DNA from: an uncultured bacterium
Lineage (GTDB): Bacteria > Verrucomicrobiota > Verrucomicrobiia > Verrucomicrobiales > DEV007
Assembly (NCBI GenBank): GCA_963977015.1
Contig: CAXBMO010000002.1
Span: 1 to 64,000, forward strand
Direction of reading: 5' to 3'
DNA length: 64,000 bases
The first letter of the stretch is position 1, and each line of letters begins with the position of its first letter. The notes beneath the pieces are model-generated. The model did no database searches. It was not told the origin of the DNA and saw only the letters and a list, made by a program, of their open reading frames with translations. A program made the position numbers and the translations under genes. Of this stretch, positions 27,766-38,261 are shown piece by piece.

Positions 27766-30540
27766 TTAGTTACTGGTAATCAGCGCCTCCAGAGGCGGGG
27801 CGAATTTGGTTAAGTCAATGCCTTCCACTGCGGCCTTATATTCTTCAAAACTGGGAATCCTCCCCAGGATTGCAGAAAGAACGACAACCGGGGTGGATGA
27901 GAGTAAGGATTCTCCTTTCTTCCGCTCGGAATCCTCAACGACTCGGCCTTGAAAAAGACGAGTCGAGGTTGCCATCACCGTGTCGCCTTTTTCGGCTTTT
28001 TCCTGATTCCCCATGCATAGGTTACAGCCGGGTCTTTCGAGATACATCATGTTATCGTATTCTCTTCGTGCCGCATTTTTGGGATCATTGTCATCAAAGA
28101 CAAACCCAGAATATTTTTCCAGCATCTCCCAATCGCCCTCCTCTTTGAGTTCATCAATGATGTTGTAGGTTGGCGCCGCAACTACCAGAGGGGCATGGAA
28201 CTCGACTTTTCCTTGCTTGGCTTCCAGGTTTTTGAGCATCTTGGAAACGATCTTCAAATCGCCCTTGTGAACCATGCATGATCCAACGAAGCCAAGATCT
28301 ACTTTTTTCACCCCTTCATAATAGGAGAGGGCTCGAATCGTATCGTGGGTGTAACGCTTCGAAACATCTTCATTGTAAACATCGGGATCGGCGATCATCG
28401 GCTCAACGATTTGATCCAGATCGACAACGAATTCCGCGTAATACTTCGCATTCGCATCTGGCGTCAAGGCCGGCTTCTCACCTGACCTGATTTCGGAAAT
28501 TCGCTGATTCGCTCGATCGACCAACCCCTGAAGCACTTGCTTCTTATTATCCATCCCCTTGTCGATCATGATTTGAATCCTGCTCTTGGCGATCTCCAAT
28601 GATTCAATCAAGGTCTCATCTTGAGATATGCAGATGGACGCTTTGGCCTTCATTTCCGCCGTCCAATCAGTAAAGGTGAAGGCTTGGTCTGCCGGCAAAG
28701 TTCCGATATGAACCTCGATCACTCTTCCCTGAAAGACATTGTCTCCAAATTTCTTCAACATCTGAGACTGGGTGGCATGAACCACGTCGCGGAAATCCAT
28801 ATACGGCTTGAGCTCCCCTTTAAACGTGACCTTTACCGATTCAGGTATTGGCATCGTTGCTTCACCCGTTGCGAGGGCGAGAGCAACCGTTCCCGAGTCC
28901 GCTCCGAAAGCCACCCCCTTGGACATCCTCGTATGTGAGTCCCCGCCGATGATAATCGCCCACTCATCAACCGTGAGATCGTTCAGCACCTTGTGGATCA
29001 CATCGGTCATCGCATGATATTCTCCTTCCGGGTCCCGTGCGGTGATGAGTCCAAATTTGTTCATGAACTTCATCAGTTTGGGAATGTTGGCCTGCGCCTT
29101 TTTATCCCAGACCGAAGCGGTATGGCATCCTGATTGGTAAGCCCCGTCCACCGTGGGAGAAATGATGGTTGCAGCCATGGACTCCAACTCCTGGGAGGTC
29201 ATCAAACCCGTCGTATCCTGCGATCCGACAATGTTGACCTTCACCCGAACGTCTGAGCCAGCGTGGAGGACCACTCCTTCAGTTGATCCGACGACGTTCT
29301 TGTTAAAAATCTTCTCTACCGCGGTGAGCCCTTGCCCTTCATGAGAGATCTCTTTGGAAGGAGCAAAGACGGGTTCCAAATTGACTCCCAGGGTTTGGGC
29401 CGCGAAAGTCTGCAGTTTTTTGCCAAACACAATGGCATAGGACCCGCCGGCCTTGATGAATTCGACTTTCTGGGGAGTTAAGGCGGAAGATATATCAACC
29501 AACTCCTTATCTCCCTGATACAATTTCTTCTCCTTCGTATTAATGGTGAGAACGGTTCCCGTATCCACAGAGTAGACCTGTTCCAAGATGGTTTCTCCCT
29601 TCTCATCCAGGACCGGATTCCCTTCAGCATCCGACTTCTTCACCCAGTTCTTCAGGTCGATCCCGATTCCGCCGGTCACACTGACAGTGGTCAAAAAGAT
29701 CGGGGAAATCCCATTGGTCCCTGCAACAATGGGAAAGATATTCACAAATGGAACATAGGGGCTCGCCTGTTTTCCCGTCCATAAAGCGACATTGTTCACC
29801 CCTGACATTCTGGATGATCCCACCCCCATGGTGCCCTTCTCAGCGATCAACATGACACTCTTGCCAGGATGAATTTTTTGAAGGGTTTGTATTTCTTTCT
29901 GGGCATCCTCAGAGATCATGCACTTCCCATGGAGTTCCCGGTCAGACCGAGAATGAGCCTGGTTGCCGGGAGAGAGTAAATCGGTTGAGATATCGCCCTC
30001 CGCCGCGATGTACGTCACGACTTCAATTTCTTCCGGCACATCCGGGAGTTTGGTGAAAAATTCAGCCTTGGCATAGCTCTCAAGGATTTCCTTGGCAATT
30101 TCATTCCCTTCCCGGTAAGCAGCCTCGAGCCTGTCGGTATCTGCCTCATAAAGGAAAACCTGCGTCTTCAGCACTTTTGCGGCTTCTTGCGCAATGGACT
30201 GGTCGTCACCCAAGGCTAGGTCCAGAAGAACCTTCACCGAGGGGCCTCCTTTCATGTGAGACAACAATTCGAAGGCAAAAGCTGGCGTGATTTCCTCGAC
30301 GACGGTCTCCCCTAAAATGACCTCCTTTAAAAACTCAGCTTTCTCGCCAGCCGCGCTGGTTGTTCCCGGCAGCGTATTGTAAATCAAGAAATTAAGGGAA
30401 TCCTTCCGGTGTTCATGATCAGGATCCTTAATCTGCGTGATGATTTCGGCTAACAGCTCACCGCTATCAATTGGCTTGGGATGTAAACCCTGAGTTTTTC
30501 GTTCCTCAATTTCTTGGATGTATTCTTGATACAGGCTCAT
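27766..30540 (-). CDS. acnB: Bifunctional aconitate hydratase 2 / 2-methylisocitrate dehydratase
   Basis: STDLLSP, GSSRMSG, GSQDTTG, QSGCHT, GGDSHTR, FVGSCM, RPGCNLCMGNQ, TSTRLFQGR. Confidence 0.95.
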   Translation of the reverse strand: MSLYQEYIQEIEERKTQGLHPKPIDSGELLAEIITQIKDPDHEHRKDSLNFLIYNTLPGTTSAAGEKAEFLKEVILGETVVEEITPAFAFELLSHMKGGPSVKVLLDLALGDDQSIAQEAAKVLKTQVFLYEADTDRLEAAYREGNEIAKEILESYAKAEFFTKLPDVPEEIEVVTYIAAEGDISTDLLSPGNQAHSRSDRELHGKCMISEDAQKEIQTLQKIHPGKSVMLIAEKGTMGVGSSRMSGVNNVALWTGKQASPYVPFVNIFPIVAGTNGISPIFLTTVSVTGGIGIDLKNWVKKSDAEGNPVLDEKGETILEQVYSVDTGTVLTINTKEKKLYQGDKELVDISSALTPQKVEFIKAGGSYAIVFGKKLQTFAAQTLGVNLEPVFAPSKEISHEGQGLTAVEKIFNKNVVGSTEGVVLHAGSDVRVKVNIVGSQDTTGLMTSQELESMAATIISPTVDGAYQSGCHTASVWDKKAQANIPKLMKFMNKFGLITARDPEGEYHAMTDVIHKVLNDLTVDEWAIIIGGDSHTRMSKGVAFGADSGTVALALATGEATMPIPESVKVTFKGELKPYMDFRDVVHATQSQMLKKFGDNVFQGRVIEVHIGTLPADQAFTFTDWTAEMKAKASICISQDETLIESLEIAKSRIQIMIDKGMDNKKQVLQGLVDRANQRISEIRSGEKPALTPDANAKYYAEFVVDLDQIVEPMIADPDVYNEDVSKRYTHDTIRALSYYEGVKKVDLGFVGSCMVHKGDLKIVSKMLKNLEAKQGKVEFHAPLVVAAPTYNIIDELKEEGDWEMLEKYSGFVFDDNDPKNAARREYDNMMYLERPGCNLCMGNQEKAEKGDTVMATSTRLFQGRVVEDSERKKGESLLSSTPVVVLSAILGRIPSFEEYKAAVEGIDLTKFAPPLEALITSN

Positions 30541-30628
30541 GTTTGATCAACGGCTAAAGATTATGGATGTAGCCAGCCTCCACAGAGTGATCGAAGCGTG
30601 AATTCACTGGAACTCATGTTCGATCAAC
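30536..30628 (-). promoter_or_regulatory. Structured acnB leader: hairpin, 16-bp direct repeat of the start-codon region and an 18-aa uORF
   Basis: Hairpin at 30588-30626; CTCATGTTYGATCAAC at 30536-30551 and 30613-30628; uORF 30617->30561. Confidence 0.4.
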
Positions 30629-30828
30629 TTCGGAATGTTTTCCATGCGTTCTACAGCCGAGCGCACCGCAGTTTGGCCCCGCGAAGTGGGGCACACCAGT
30701 GAAATTCTGAAATTCGGCCCCGGCTGTGAAACTGCGTGAAGTGGATGCTTGCAACGTAAAAGACTGGGTTAAACGGGCGGCTACGTTAGGCAGGGAAACC
30801 GCGGATTCAACCCGTAATGCTCACAGCT

Positions 30829-32376
30829 TTAGCCGCCTTTCACGGCTTCCATCCACTCGACAGCGGCCTGACTTTCCGGAAGTTCTGAAAACTCGCGCGA
30901 CGCATTTCGAAAGGCTTTGAAGGCATCGAGACGGTCTTTTTGACGGCGATACATCTCCCCTTCGTGCAATCTGATGCGCAACTTGTCGACCGGTTCGTCG
31001 TAGGCAGCCCCTGCGCGCTTCAGCTGGATCCGCGCCTCATCGTAGTCCCCCGTCTCAATCGCACTCAATGCCAGGTGCTCCAGCAATTCCGGTCGGGGAC
31101 TTTTCGCGGTTGCCAACTCCAGCTTATAAAAAAGCGTCCGCTCCGGGAAGGGATTGCCATTCCCCCATCGCGCATAGGCGATGCGCAGAACCTGATAAGG
31201 CATCGATTCGCCTCCCCTTTGGTATTGGCTCTCGTCCAATCCGCTTCTCAAACTGGGAAACGGCGTGTAGAGCGGATCACCAATCGCCAAATTCATCCAG
31301 GAAACTCCCTTTTGCGCGATGCAGGCGCTTTCGATGAAGGAAAAACCACGCGTTAGCCGATCCGTGAAGATGTCCAGCTGATGCGCCAGTTCATTGGGCG
31401 TCTCGTAGGCACTGCAAAGGACTGCGGAAGCACCTTTGGCAAGCAACGGCCCAGCCCACATTTCCTTTGATGACCTGAGCGTTGCCCCATTTCGCGGGTG
31501 AAGATGACAAGCAATCGCCCCAGGCAACAGCAATCGCCCTTTCGCCAGAAACGGACCATTTACGGTTTCAAGACCGGCTCCAAAATAAAGAATCGGATCA
31601 CCCATCGGATAAAATGCAGGCAACGAGCCTTCATAGGGATCTGCCATTACCGGAATTCCAACGCGGCGAAGTTGACTCGTCGCCTCCGTCAGCCAAGCCT
31701 CGGAATTCGCATCACCGCCCCCCATATCCACGTAAGCCTGCCCCCAGAGCCCCTTGGATTCTGCGCGAATGGCGTCATCAACCATCCGGCGGCAAATTTC
31801 CGCATTCGGTCCATCAACCCTCCCCACCAGCATGATGGGCAAATTGGCAGAGTGAAAGGGGACCTCGCAATCGTAGTAGGGATTGGCAAGCGGGCCCTCG
31901 GTTGTCAATCCGGGTTGCCCCAAGGTACACAACTCGGAATCGACGCTTGCTGCCGAGGTTTTCCCCGCAGCGACGGATCGGGAGTCATCCCGGATTTTGA
32001 CGGGAAGCCCGTGCATCAGGGCCAGCACCTTGATATCAGAACGCAGGCTCTGCTTACCAGTGGCTGAATCTCGAACCGGCATCCACCAGCCGCCGGCCAA
32101 GAGCGCGTCTCGAAGGGGATCGTGAATCTTTTCCTTAAAATCGTCGCGGGAAATCTCCTCGGTTGTTGGACAGTCCAGGATCACCACGTTGCGCGAAGCA
32201 ATCTCCCGCGCCTTGGCATAGTAGCGCGCCAACTCCACCGAACCCGGAGCGTTCTTGTTGCAGACGATCAAGGTAAACTGGGAGTAAATCGACGCTCGAA
32301 CCTCTGGCGGTTCAGAACCCAAACTCAGAGCAACCCCGAGAATCGACACAAAAGCTGATAATTGGAATCTCAACAA
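30829..32376 (-). CDS. TIGR03790-family protein
   Basis: SVELARYYAKAR.I, AASVDSEL, NPYY, MLVGRVDGP, PGAIACHLH, IGDPLYTPF; TPR-like C-terminus. Confidence 0.85.
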   Translation of the reverse strand: MLRFQLSAFVSILGVALSLGSEPPEVRASIYSQFTLIVCNKNAPGSVELARYYAKAREIASRNVVILDCPTTEEISRDDFKEKIHDPLRDALLAGGWWMPVRDSATGKQSLRSDIKVLALMHGLPVKIRDDSRSVAAGKTSAASVDSELCTLGQPGLTTEGPLANPYYDCEVPFHSANLPIMLVGRVDGPNAEICRRMVDDAIRAESKGLWGQAYVDMGGGDANSEAWLTEATSQLRRVGIPVMADPYEGSLPAFYPMGDPILYFGAGLETVNGPFLAKGRLLLPGAIACHLHPRNGATLRSSKEMWAGPLLAKGASAVLCSAYETPNELAHQLDIFTDRLTRGFSFIESACIAQKGVSWMNLAIGDPLYTPFPSLRSGLDESQYQRGGESMPYQVLRIAYARWGNGNPFPERTLFYKLELATAKSPRPELLEHLALSAIETGDYDEARIQLKRAGAAYDEPVDKLRIRLHEGEMYRRQKDRLDAFKAFRNASREFSELPESQAAVEWMEAVKGG

Positions 32377-32388
32377 AGTACTTTCGGG

Positions 32389-33171
32389 TTAGACGAGGTG
32401 AAGCTTCAAGCCATCGTAGGCAAAGTTCGTTCCGCCGGGTAGTTTCGCGTCATCGACATCGTGATCAATATCATGGCACATATGAGTCAGCCAGGCTTCT
32501 CCCGGGTTCAGGCGCTCAACGGTCTTCAAGGCCTCGTCGACACTGTAATGGGTTGGAAGCTCACGATAACTGGTGGCGTCCAGAATCAGGCAATCAAGAC
32601 CGCCCATCAACTCCAGCACCTCTTCATGGATGAACTTACAATCGGGAACGTAGGCAAACCTTTTCCCGCCTCCGTCGAACCGGTAACCAATGGTTCGCAC
32701 CTTGCCATGCTGAACCTCCAAAGGAGTAACTTCAACCGGCCCCAGTTGAAACGGTCCGTTCACTTCGTTGGCAATGGGTTTGACGTAAACCGCGTACCAA
32801 TTGGCCCGATCAAACGCGAAACCGAACGCCGTTTTGATCTGGTTGAGGCACTCTGGAGTTCCGTAAATCGGAATCGTCGCGTCATCGCCGCGACAAAATC
32901 GCCGCAGATCGTCAAATCCCATGATGTGATCGCTATGCGCATGGGTAAATAAGGCGGCTTCGAGATCGATAATGCCTTCGCGAAGACACTGCGCCCGAAA
33001 ATCCGGCCCAGTATCAATCACAAAGCGGAAATCCGAGAACTCGATATGGATAGAAGTGCGTAAACGTTGATTTCGCGGATTGGAAGACGTGCAGACAGAG
33101 CATGCACAGCCCACCATCGGCACACCAACGGAGGTGCCAGTGCCAAGAAAAGTGATTCGAAATCCACTCAT
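32389..33171 (-). CDS. MBL-fold metallo-hydrolase (PhnP-like phosphodiesterase)
   Basis: FLGTGTSVGVP..C.CSVC, DTGPDFR, THAHSDHIMGFDDLR, LTHMCH, AYDG. Confidence 0.92.
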   Translation of the reverse strand: MSGFRITFLGTGTSVGVPMVGCACSVCTSSNPRNQRLRTSIHIEFSDFRFVIDTGPDFRAQCLREGIIDLEAALFTHAHSDHIMGFDDLRRFCRGDDATIPIYGTPECLNQIKTAFGFAFDRANWYAVYVKPIANEVNGPFQLGPVEVTPLEVQHGKVRTIGYRFDGGGKRFAYVPDCKFIHEEVLELMGGLDCLILDATSYRELPTHYSVDEALKTVERLNPGEAWLTHMCHDIDHDVDDAKLPGGTNFAYDGLKLHLV

Positions 33172-33352
33172 GGGAGGAGGTAGTCCGGCACTCTGAAGGA
33201 TCGGAACCCTATGTCCACCTCTTCCTTAAGAATCCCAAAATGGATAACGAAAGAAAGACTGGAACTCTATTTCTATTATTATTTTTCATACTTTTCATAA
33301 TTTAGTTGGCGCATTTTTGGGAAAAGCCGTATTCTGCTCATGCTCACTCATT

Positions 33353-34975
33353 ATGAACGTTTCATTCCTTGCTTGGGGAAACCTGTCTTCAAAACGCCCC
33401 TCTCCCCCAATCGATCGCGCCTTCTCGTTCGTTGAGGTTTTTATCACCCTATCGGTGATGGCAGTCGTCGCGGCATCTGCCTATGTGGTGGCAGGCAATG
33501 TTACGAAAAACACCCAGTTAACCAAGCTGGAGATCGACGTGACTGAGATCAATACTTCGATCAGAATGTATCTGGCGAGTGGCGGGAACTTGACTGGCGT
33601 CTCAACCCCACAACAAATCATCGACAAACTGAAAACGAGCCGCACCGCCGAAGCGGATTCACGCTACTCGGGTCTTTCCTCATCGATGGCCGATGCACGA
33701 CTCAAAGCCGTGATGCAGACCGCGAGCGAAGCTGCAGCCTCCAATCCCAGAGCGGTTTGGAACTCCGGAAATCAGCGTTTTGAGATTGCAGGCTCTGGCC
33801 CCATTGGCGTTAAGCATTTCACGCTGGATGATTCACTGGCAAGCGTTGACTACGGAACGGAGAACCGGGATCCCTCGATGGTCGACATCAATCCGGAGGA
33901 TGGCTGGATCTGGACCTACAACGATACCCAGGCTTCCGCGGCTCCCGAACCAACCAACGTGCCATTTCCTCCAGCTTCAAGTGGCGGAGGCAGTTCAGGA
34001 ACGGGCTCTTCCAGTTCTTCCTCCGGCAGCAGCGGAAGCGAAGGCAGCAGTAGTGGCTCAACGGACGGATCCAGCGATTCTGGATCAGGAGGAGATGGCA
34101 ATTCGGATGATGGCGGCGACGGAGATGATGGCCCACCCCCACCGCAAAGACTTTACCGACCGCAAATCTATCCAACCACAACCAAACAACCGGAAACGAA
34201 CTTTCCGCTCACGATCACGATTACGGATTACAACGATCCCGCGACATCAGATTTGAAATACAAGGTGGATGGAGGTTCCTGGGCTACCTATGCTGGGGGA
34301 TTTCAGATTAACGCCAACCAGCGGGTCGAGGCCCGAGCTTTCGCTCTGAACACCGCAACCCATACCGACAGCTCGACGCGGAGTCGCACCTATCGCCCCT
34401 TGGTCTCGAGTTTTACCGGAAATTTGAGCCCAACCTGGACGAACGCCACGGGTGGACAAAACTTGGAATATGAGATTACGACAGGCGGCACGACGGAAAC
34501 GACGCTGACGCATGGTGACACGACTCTCTTCATTGGAGGAGAGGAGCAGGAAGCCGGCACCGCAAACATGTTGACCTTTGAAGCCAACAGCTTCGGAGCC
34601 GAACTCGACCAGCAGTTTTCCCTGGGAGAAATGAGCTTCTTCAACGGCAGCACGTTCAACCAAAGTGATGCTGACTCTGTCACCCTGAGCCTGGTGCTCG
34701 ACTTGAGCGAACCGATTGAATCCCAGCAAACCGTCAATATTCCGCTTTCGTTGACCAGCACGCCGAACTCCGATGATCCCTACGACAGTGCGGACAAGGT
34801 TTCCCTGGACCAGCAATCCTTCAACCTTTCGGGGAGCATCAACGGAGTCAGTTACCGCCTTCGAATCGAATTTGGTCCGGCTCAGGCAGGAGGCTTTGGA
34901 ACGGGGTCAACCATCAGCGCGTTCGAAGGCGCGGAGGTGACTGCCGAAATCTACGGAAAGTTCGAGGCGCGATAA
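33353..34975 (+). CDS. Prepilin-type N-terminal protein with Ser/Gly/Asp linker and C-terminal choice-of-anchor K-like domain; start uncertain
   Basis: RAFSFVEVFITLSVMAVVAA type-IV-pilin-like motif; QFSLGEMSFFNGST..TPNSDDP..SADKV C-terminal domain. Confidence 0.7.
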   Translation: MNVSFLAWGNLSSKRPSPPIDRAFSFVEVFITLSVMAVVAASAYVVAGNVTKNTQLTKLEIDVTEINTSIRMYLASGGNLTGVSTPQQIIDKLKTSRTAEADSRYSGLSSSMADARLKAVMQTASEAAASNPRAVWNSGNQRFEIAGSGPIGVKHFTLDDSLASVDYGTENRDPSMVDINPEDGWIWTYNDTQASAAPEPTNVPFPPASSGGGSSGTGSSSSSSGSSGSEGSSSGSTDGSSDSGSGGDGNSDDGGDGDDGPPPPQRLYRPQIYPTTTKQPETNFPLTITITDYNDPATSDLKYKVDGGSWATYAGGFQINANQRVEARAFALNTATHTDSSTRSRTYRPLVSSFTGNLSPTWTNATGGQNLEYEITTGGTTETTLTHGDTTLFIGGEEQEAGTANMLTFEANSFGAELDQQFSLGEMSFFNGSTFNQSDADSVTLSLVLDLSEPIESQQTVNIPLSLTSTPNSDDPYDSADKVSLDQQSFNLSGSINGVSYRLRIEFGPAQAGGFGTGSTISAFEGAEVTAEIYGKFEAR

Positions 34976-34982
34976 CAAGAAG

Positions 34983-37256
34983 TCACCGATACAGGAGGAA
35001 CTTCTCCCGCCGGTCCTTGAAATTGGCAAGTTCCCCCTCCCAAAGCGCCCGAATCTCCGAAAGGGATTTCCCAGCTCGAACCGCCTCTAGCGTTTCCGGA
35101 TGGACCAGGAGTTTGGAAAGGTTTTCCAAGTCATAATCCGGGTGAGTCTCATGAAGGATCGAAGCGATACTCAGACCGATATCAATCGGGCGGATCGTAT
35201 CGCGCTCAAGAATCTCGAAGGCAGCACCTTTGCACAATTCCCCGGCAAAGATGCTTGAGCTCGGAGTGTATTGGGTGGGCGTAAACTTAACTCCCGGCAA
35301 CTTTCGCTGGTTGAGCATGCCGACGAACTTTTCGGAATCGATGTAGGGAGCCGCCACATGCTCAAAAGGCGTCGCTGTTCCCCGCCCCACGCTGAGCCGG
35401 GTGAACTCCGGTAGACCAATCCCGGGATAGAGAATCGCCGCCTCCAAGCTGCGCATATTGGGACTTGGGTTGACCCAAGTCAGGCCGGTTTGGTCGAATC
35501 GCAGTGATCGATTCCAATGAGAAACCGGAACGATCGTCAACTCCAGATTCAAGCCCAGTTCCTCGCGAAACATGAGGGCTAGTTCCCCGACCGTCATCCC
35601 GTGCTGAATCGCGATGGGATGATGACTGGTAAACTTCCGGACGCCAACTTCGACAGGGCCATCCACCACCTTGCCGCCAATGGGATTGACACGATCCAGA
35701 ACCACAAACTTGAGCCCCTGTTCAGCAGCCGCCTCCATCGCCAGGCCCATTGTGGAAATGTAGGTGTAGAAGCGGCATCCGATGTCCTGAATGTCGAAGA
35801 CCAGCGCATCGAGCCCAGCCAACCGCTCCGCACCGGGCTTCCGATTCTCTCCGTACAAGCTGTAAATCGGCAGGCCGGTTTTGTCGTCGAGTCCATCCGA
35901 AATTTCCGGCTGATCGAGCTTTCCGCGAATTCCATGCTCCGGCCCGAACAGCGCCTTTAGATCCACACGTTTTGCGCCATGGAGAATGTCAATCGTGGTT
36001 TCGCCCTCAGCGCTAAGTCCGGTGTGGTTGGTGATCAATCCAACTTTCTGGCCCGCCAAAGGCCGAAAATCGTCCTGAACCAAAACGTCAATCCCATTGC
36101 GCGGGAGCACTCGTGGCTGGATGCGCGACTTCAATTTGTCGCCCGCTTCCGCCGCCAGGGTGGCGACGTCATACCGCAATTGACGCACATCGCCCCCCCG
36201 GGGATGATTCCGGTTCGCCAACAGGACGACGAGCATCTCCCTGCTCGGATCGACCCACATTCCCGTCCCAGTCCAGCCGGTGTGACCGTAGGACTTGCCA
36301 ATCTCAAAATGTTTGCCGCGTGGCAGCTCCGCAAGCGACGAATCCAAATCGAAGCCCAAACCGCGCCCGCCAGAGTGAATTCGGGTCATCTCGGCGACGG
36401 TTTTTCCCTTCAGAACTTGAACGCCATCCAAAATTCCCCCATTCAGCATCATGCGGGCAAACCGCGCGACATCATCAACGTCGCTGAAAACGCCCGCATG
36501 ACCGGTGACGCCGCCCATCAGTCGCGAGGTCGGATCGTGGACTTCACCTCGCAACATGCTCAAACCCAGTTTCTCCGTCGGGGCGATGCGCGATCTGAGG
36601 TTTTTTTCGGGACGAAATCCCGTTTCCCACATCCGGGCCGGTGCCCAGATTTCTCGGCGCGCGAAGCTGGCCAGAGACTCGCCGCTCACCTTCTGAACAA
36701 TCTCCCCCAAGAGGATGAAGTTCAGATCACTGTAAATCGTCGCCGTTCCAGGTTCGATTTTCGGCTCGCTTTCGTAGATCCGGATGAGGGCTTTCCGATA
36801 ACTACCAGGTCGATCATCTTTCGGAAATCCCGATTGAAGGCCGGAGGTGTGAGTCAGCAGTTGACGGATCGTAATGCCCTTTTTGCCGAATCCCTCGAAG
36901 TCCGCCAAAACGCTATTCACCGTTTGGTCGAGAGCCAACTGCCCCCGCTCCACAAGCTTCATGATCGAGGGGGCCGTTGCCATCACTTTGGTCAGCGACG
37001 CCACATCATAGATCGTATCGGCCGTGTTCGCTTCCTTCCGGGGTTTCAGGGCTCGATTTCCGTAAGCCTTCCGATAGGTATGACCTTTTGCCTCCAGATG
37101 GAGAACAGCTCCCGGCAACATCTCCTCCTGAATCGCCTCGGCGATCGTTTGATCAATTTGTTCCAGAATCCCGGGATCGAATCCTTCCGCATTCATTCTG
37201 GAATCAGCATCAACGATGGCAATGACCAAAAAAATTAGGAATGGGAATCTCTTCAT
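34983..37256 (-). CDS. Serine hydrolase (beta-lactamase fold) fused to exo-beta-N-acetylmuramidase NamZ (DUF1343)
   Basis: ASLTK, LLTHTSG, YSD, GHTGWTG; then VGLITNHTG, FGPEHGIRG, FDIQDIGCRFYTY, PSPNM, SVGRGT. Confidence 0.92.
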   Translation of the reverse strand: MKRFPFLIFLVIAIVDADSRMNAEGFDPGILEQIDQTIAEAIQEEMLPGAVLHLEAKGHTYRKAYGNRALKPRKEANTADTIYDVASLTKVMATAPSIMKLVERGQLALDQTVNSVLADFEGFGKKGITIRQLLTHTSGLQSGFPKDDRPGSYRKALIRIYESEPKIEPGTATIYSDLNFILLGEIVQKVSGESLASFARREIWAPARMWETGFRPEKNLRSRIAPTEKLGLSMLRGEVHDPTSRLMGGVTGHAGVFSDVDDVARFARMMLNGGILDGVQVLKGKTVAEMTRIHSGGRGLGFDLDSSLAELPRGKHFEIGKSYGHTGWTGTGMWVDPSREMLVVLLANRNHPRGGDVRQLRYDVATLAAEAGDKLKSRIQPRVLPRNGIDVLVQDDFRPLAGQKVGLITNHTGLSAEGETTIDILHGAKRVDLKALFGPEHGIRGKLDQPEISDGLDDKTGLPIYSLYGENRKPGAERLAGLDALVFDIQDIGCRFYTYISTMGLAMEAAAEQGLKFVVLDRVNPIGGKVVDGPVEVGVRKFTSHHPIAIQHGMTVGELALMFREELGLNLELTIVPVSHWNRSLRFDQTGLTWVNPSPNMRSLEAAILYPGIGLPEFTRLSVGRGTATPFEHVAAPYIDSEKFVGMLNQRKLPGVKFTPTQYTPSSSIFAGELCKGAAFEILERDTIRPIDIGLSIASILHETHPDYDLENLSKLLVHPETLEAVRAGKSLSEIRALWEGELANFKDRREKFLLYR

Positions 37257-38092
37257 GCGCTGTTTTGGACGCCATCCTTCAAGCAATCCAAGCAATATTC
37301 CTTATCATCGTTCTCGATGCGAAATTCTGCGTCCGGATCTTGCAACTCGGTCTTGCCACACTTTTCGCAGCGATGAAATGCCTCATCATCTCCCAAATGC
37401 GCGGACTCGAACCTTGCCTTCCTGAGCTTTGCTTTCTGCCGGTGTTTGAACTCGAAAGCAAACTTGGGAAGAAAAACCAGCATGTAGGGAAGCATTGCGG
37501 CAACAAACGCGATCATCGCAAACCCTTCGAGGTTCGCTCCGGCCAAACTAAAAATCGAATAGAGGGCGAATGCCAAAACGACCCAACCAATCCATTTCAT
37601 TTTGATGGGTATGACAAACATCAGCCGAATTTCATGGTCCGGAACGAGCGCCGCGGCCGCCAAAAAGATGGCCGTGTAAATAAAATTGCTACCGTAGTAG
37701 GAAATGAAGCCCTGCACCACCGGCGGCATCAGGATGATGCAAACCAAATAGAGGAGAATGCTACCGAAAACGTACATCGTTACGCGATAGGCTCCCCAGG
37801 CTTCTTCAAGAATGTCATTGATAAACCAAAGAAACAGCATCGCGACGACGCCCCACAAAATGCTGCTGGTTCGAGGAATGAAGACAAAGGTGAACAGCCG
37901 CCAAATCTGTCCGGACTTGATTTCCTGCCAGTCAAAAAGAAGCAACAACTTGTAGTCCGGTTGCATTGCGGAAATCAACACCACGATGAACTGAAAAATC
38001 GCGATCGCGCGGATCAGCCCGGGAAACGCCAGGCGCCCAAACCTTTGCTCGAGGCTGACAATAACGGGATACCAAGGATGGCGAAAATTCAT
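37253..38092 (-). CDS. Multi-pass membrane protein (rhomboid/Der1-like) with C-terminal Cys cluster
   Basis: GQIWRLFTFVFIP, IPIKMKW; HRCEKCG..YCLDC. Confidence 0.72.
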   Translation of the reverse strand: MNFRHPWYPVIVSLEQRFGRLAFPGLIRAIAIFQFIVVLISAMQPDYKLLLLFDWQEIKSGQIWRLFTFVFIPRTSSILWGVVAMLFLWFINDILEEAWGAYRVTMYVFGSILLYLVCIILMPPVVQGFISYYGSNFIYTAIFLAAAALVPDHEIRLMFVIPIKMKWIGWVVLAFALYSIFSLAGANLEGFAMIAFVAAMLPYMLVFLPKFAFEFKHRQKAKLRKARFESAHLGDDEAFHRCEKCGKTELQDPDAEFRIENDDKEYCLDCLKDGVQNSA

Positions 38093-38261
38093 AGGCTGAG
38101 TTTGGGAGGTTCGAATCGAACGGGTTGGTAGACCAGTTGTCAACGCCGGAGGGGGCACAAACGCGGGAAGTTTGGAAGTGCTGCAAGATTGGCACTTCAA
38201 GCATTGACCAAAGACAGGAAAGTCGTTTATTTATTGAAATTAAAGACAACCCTCTCGAACC

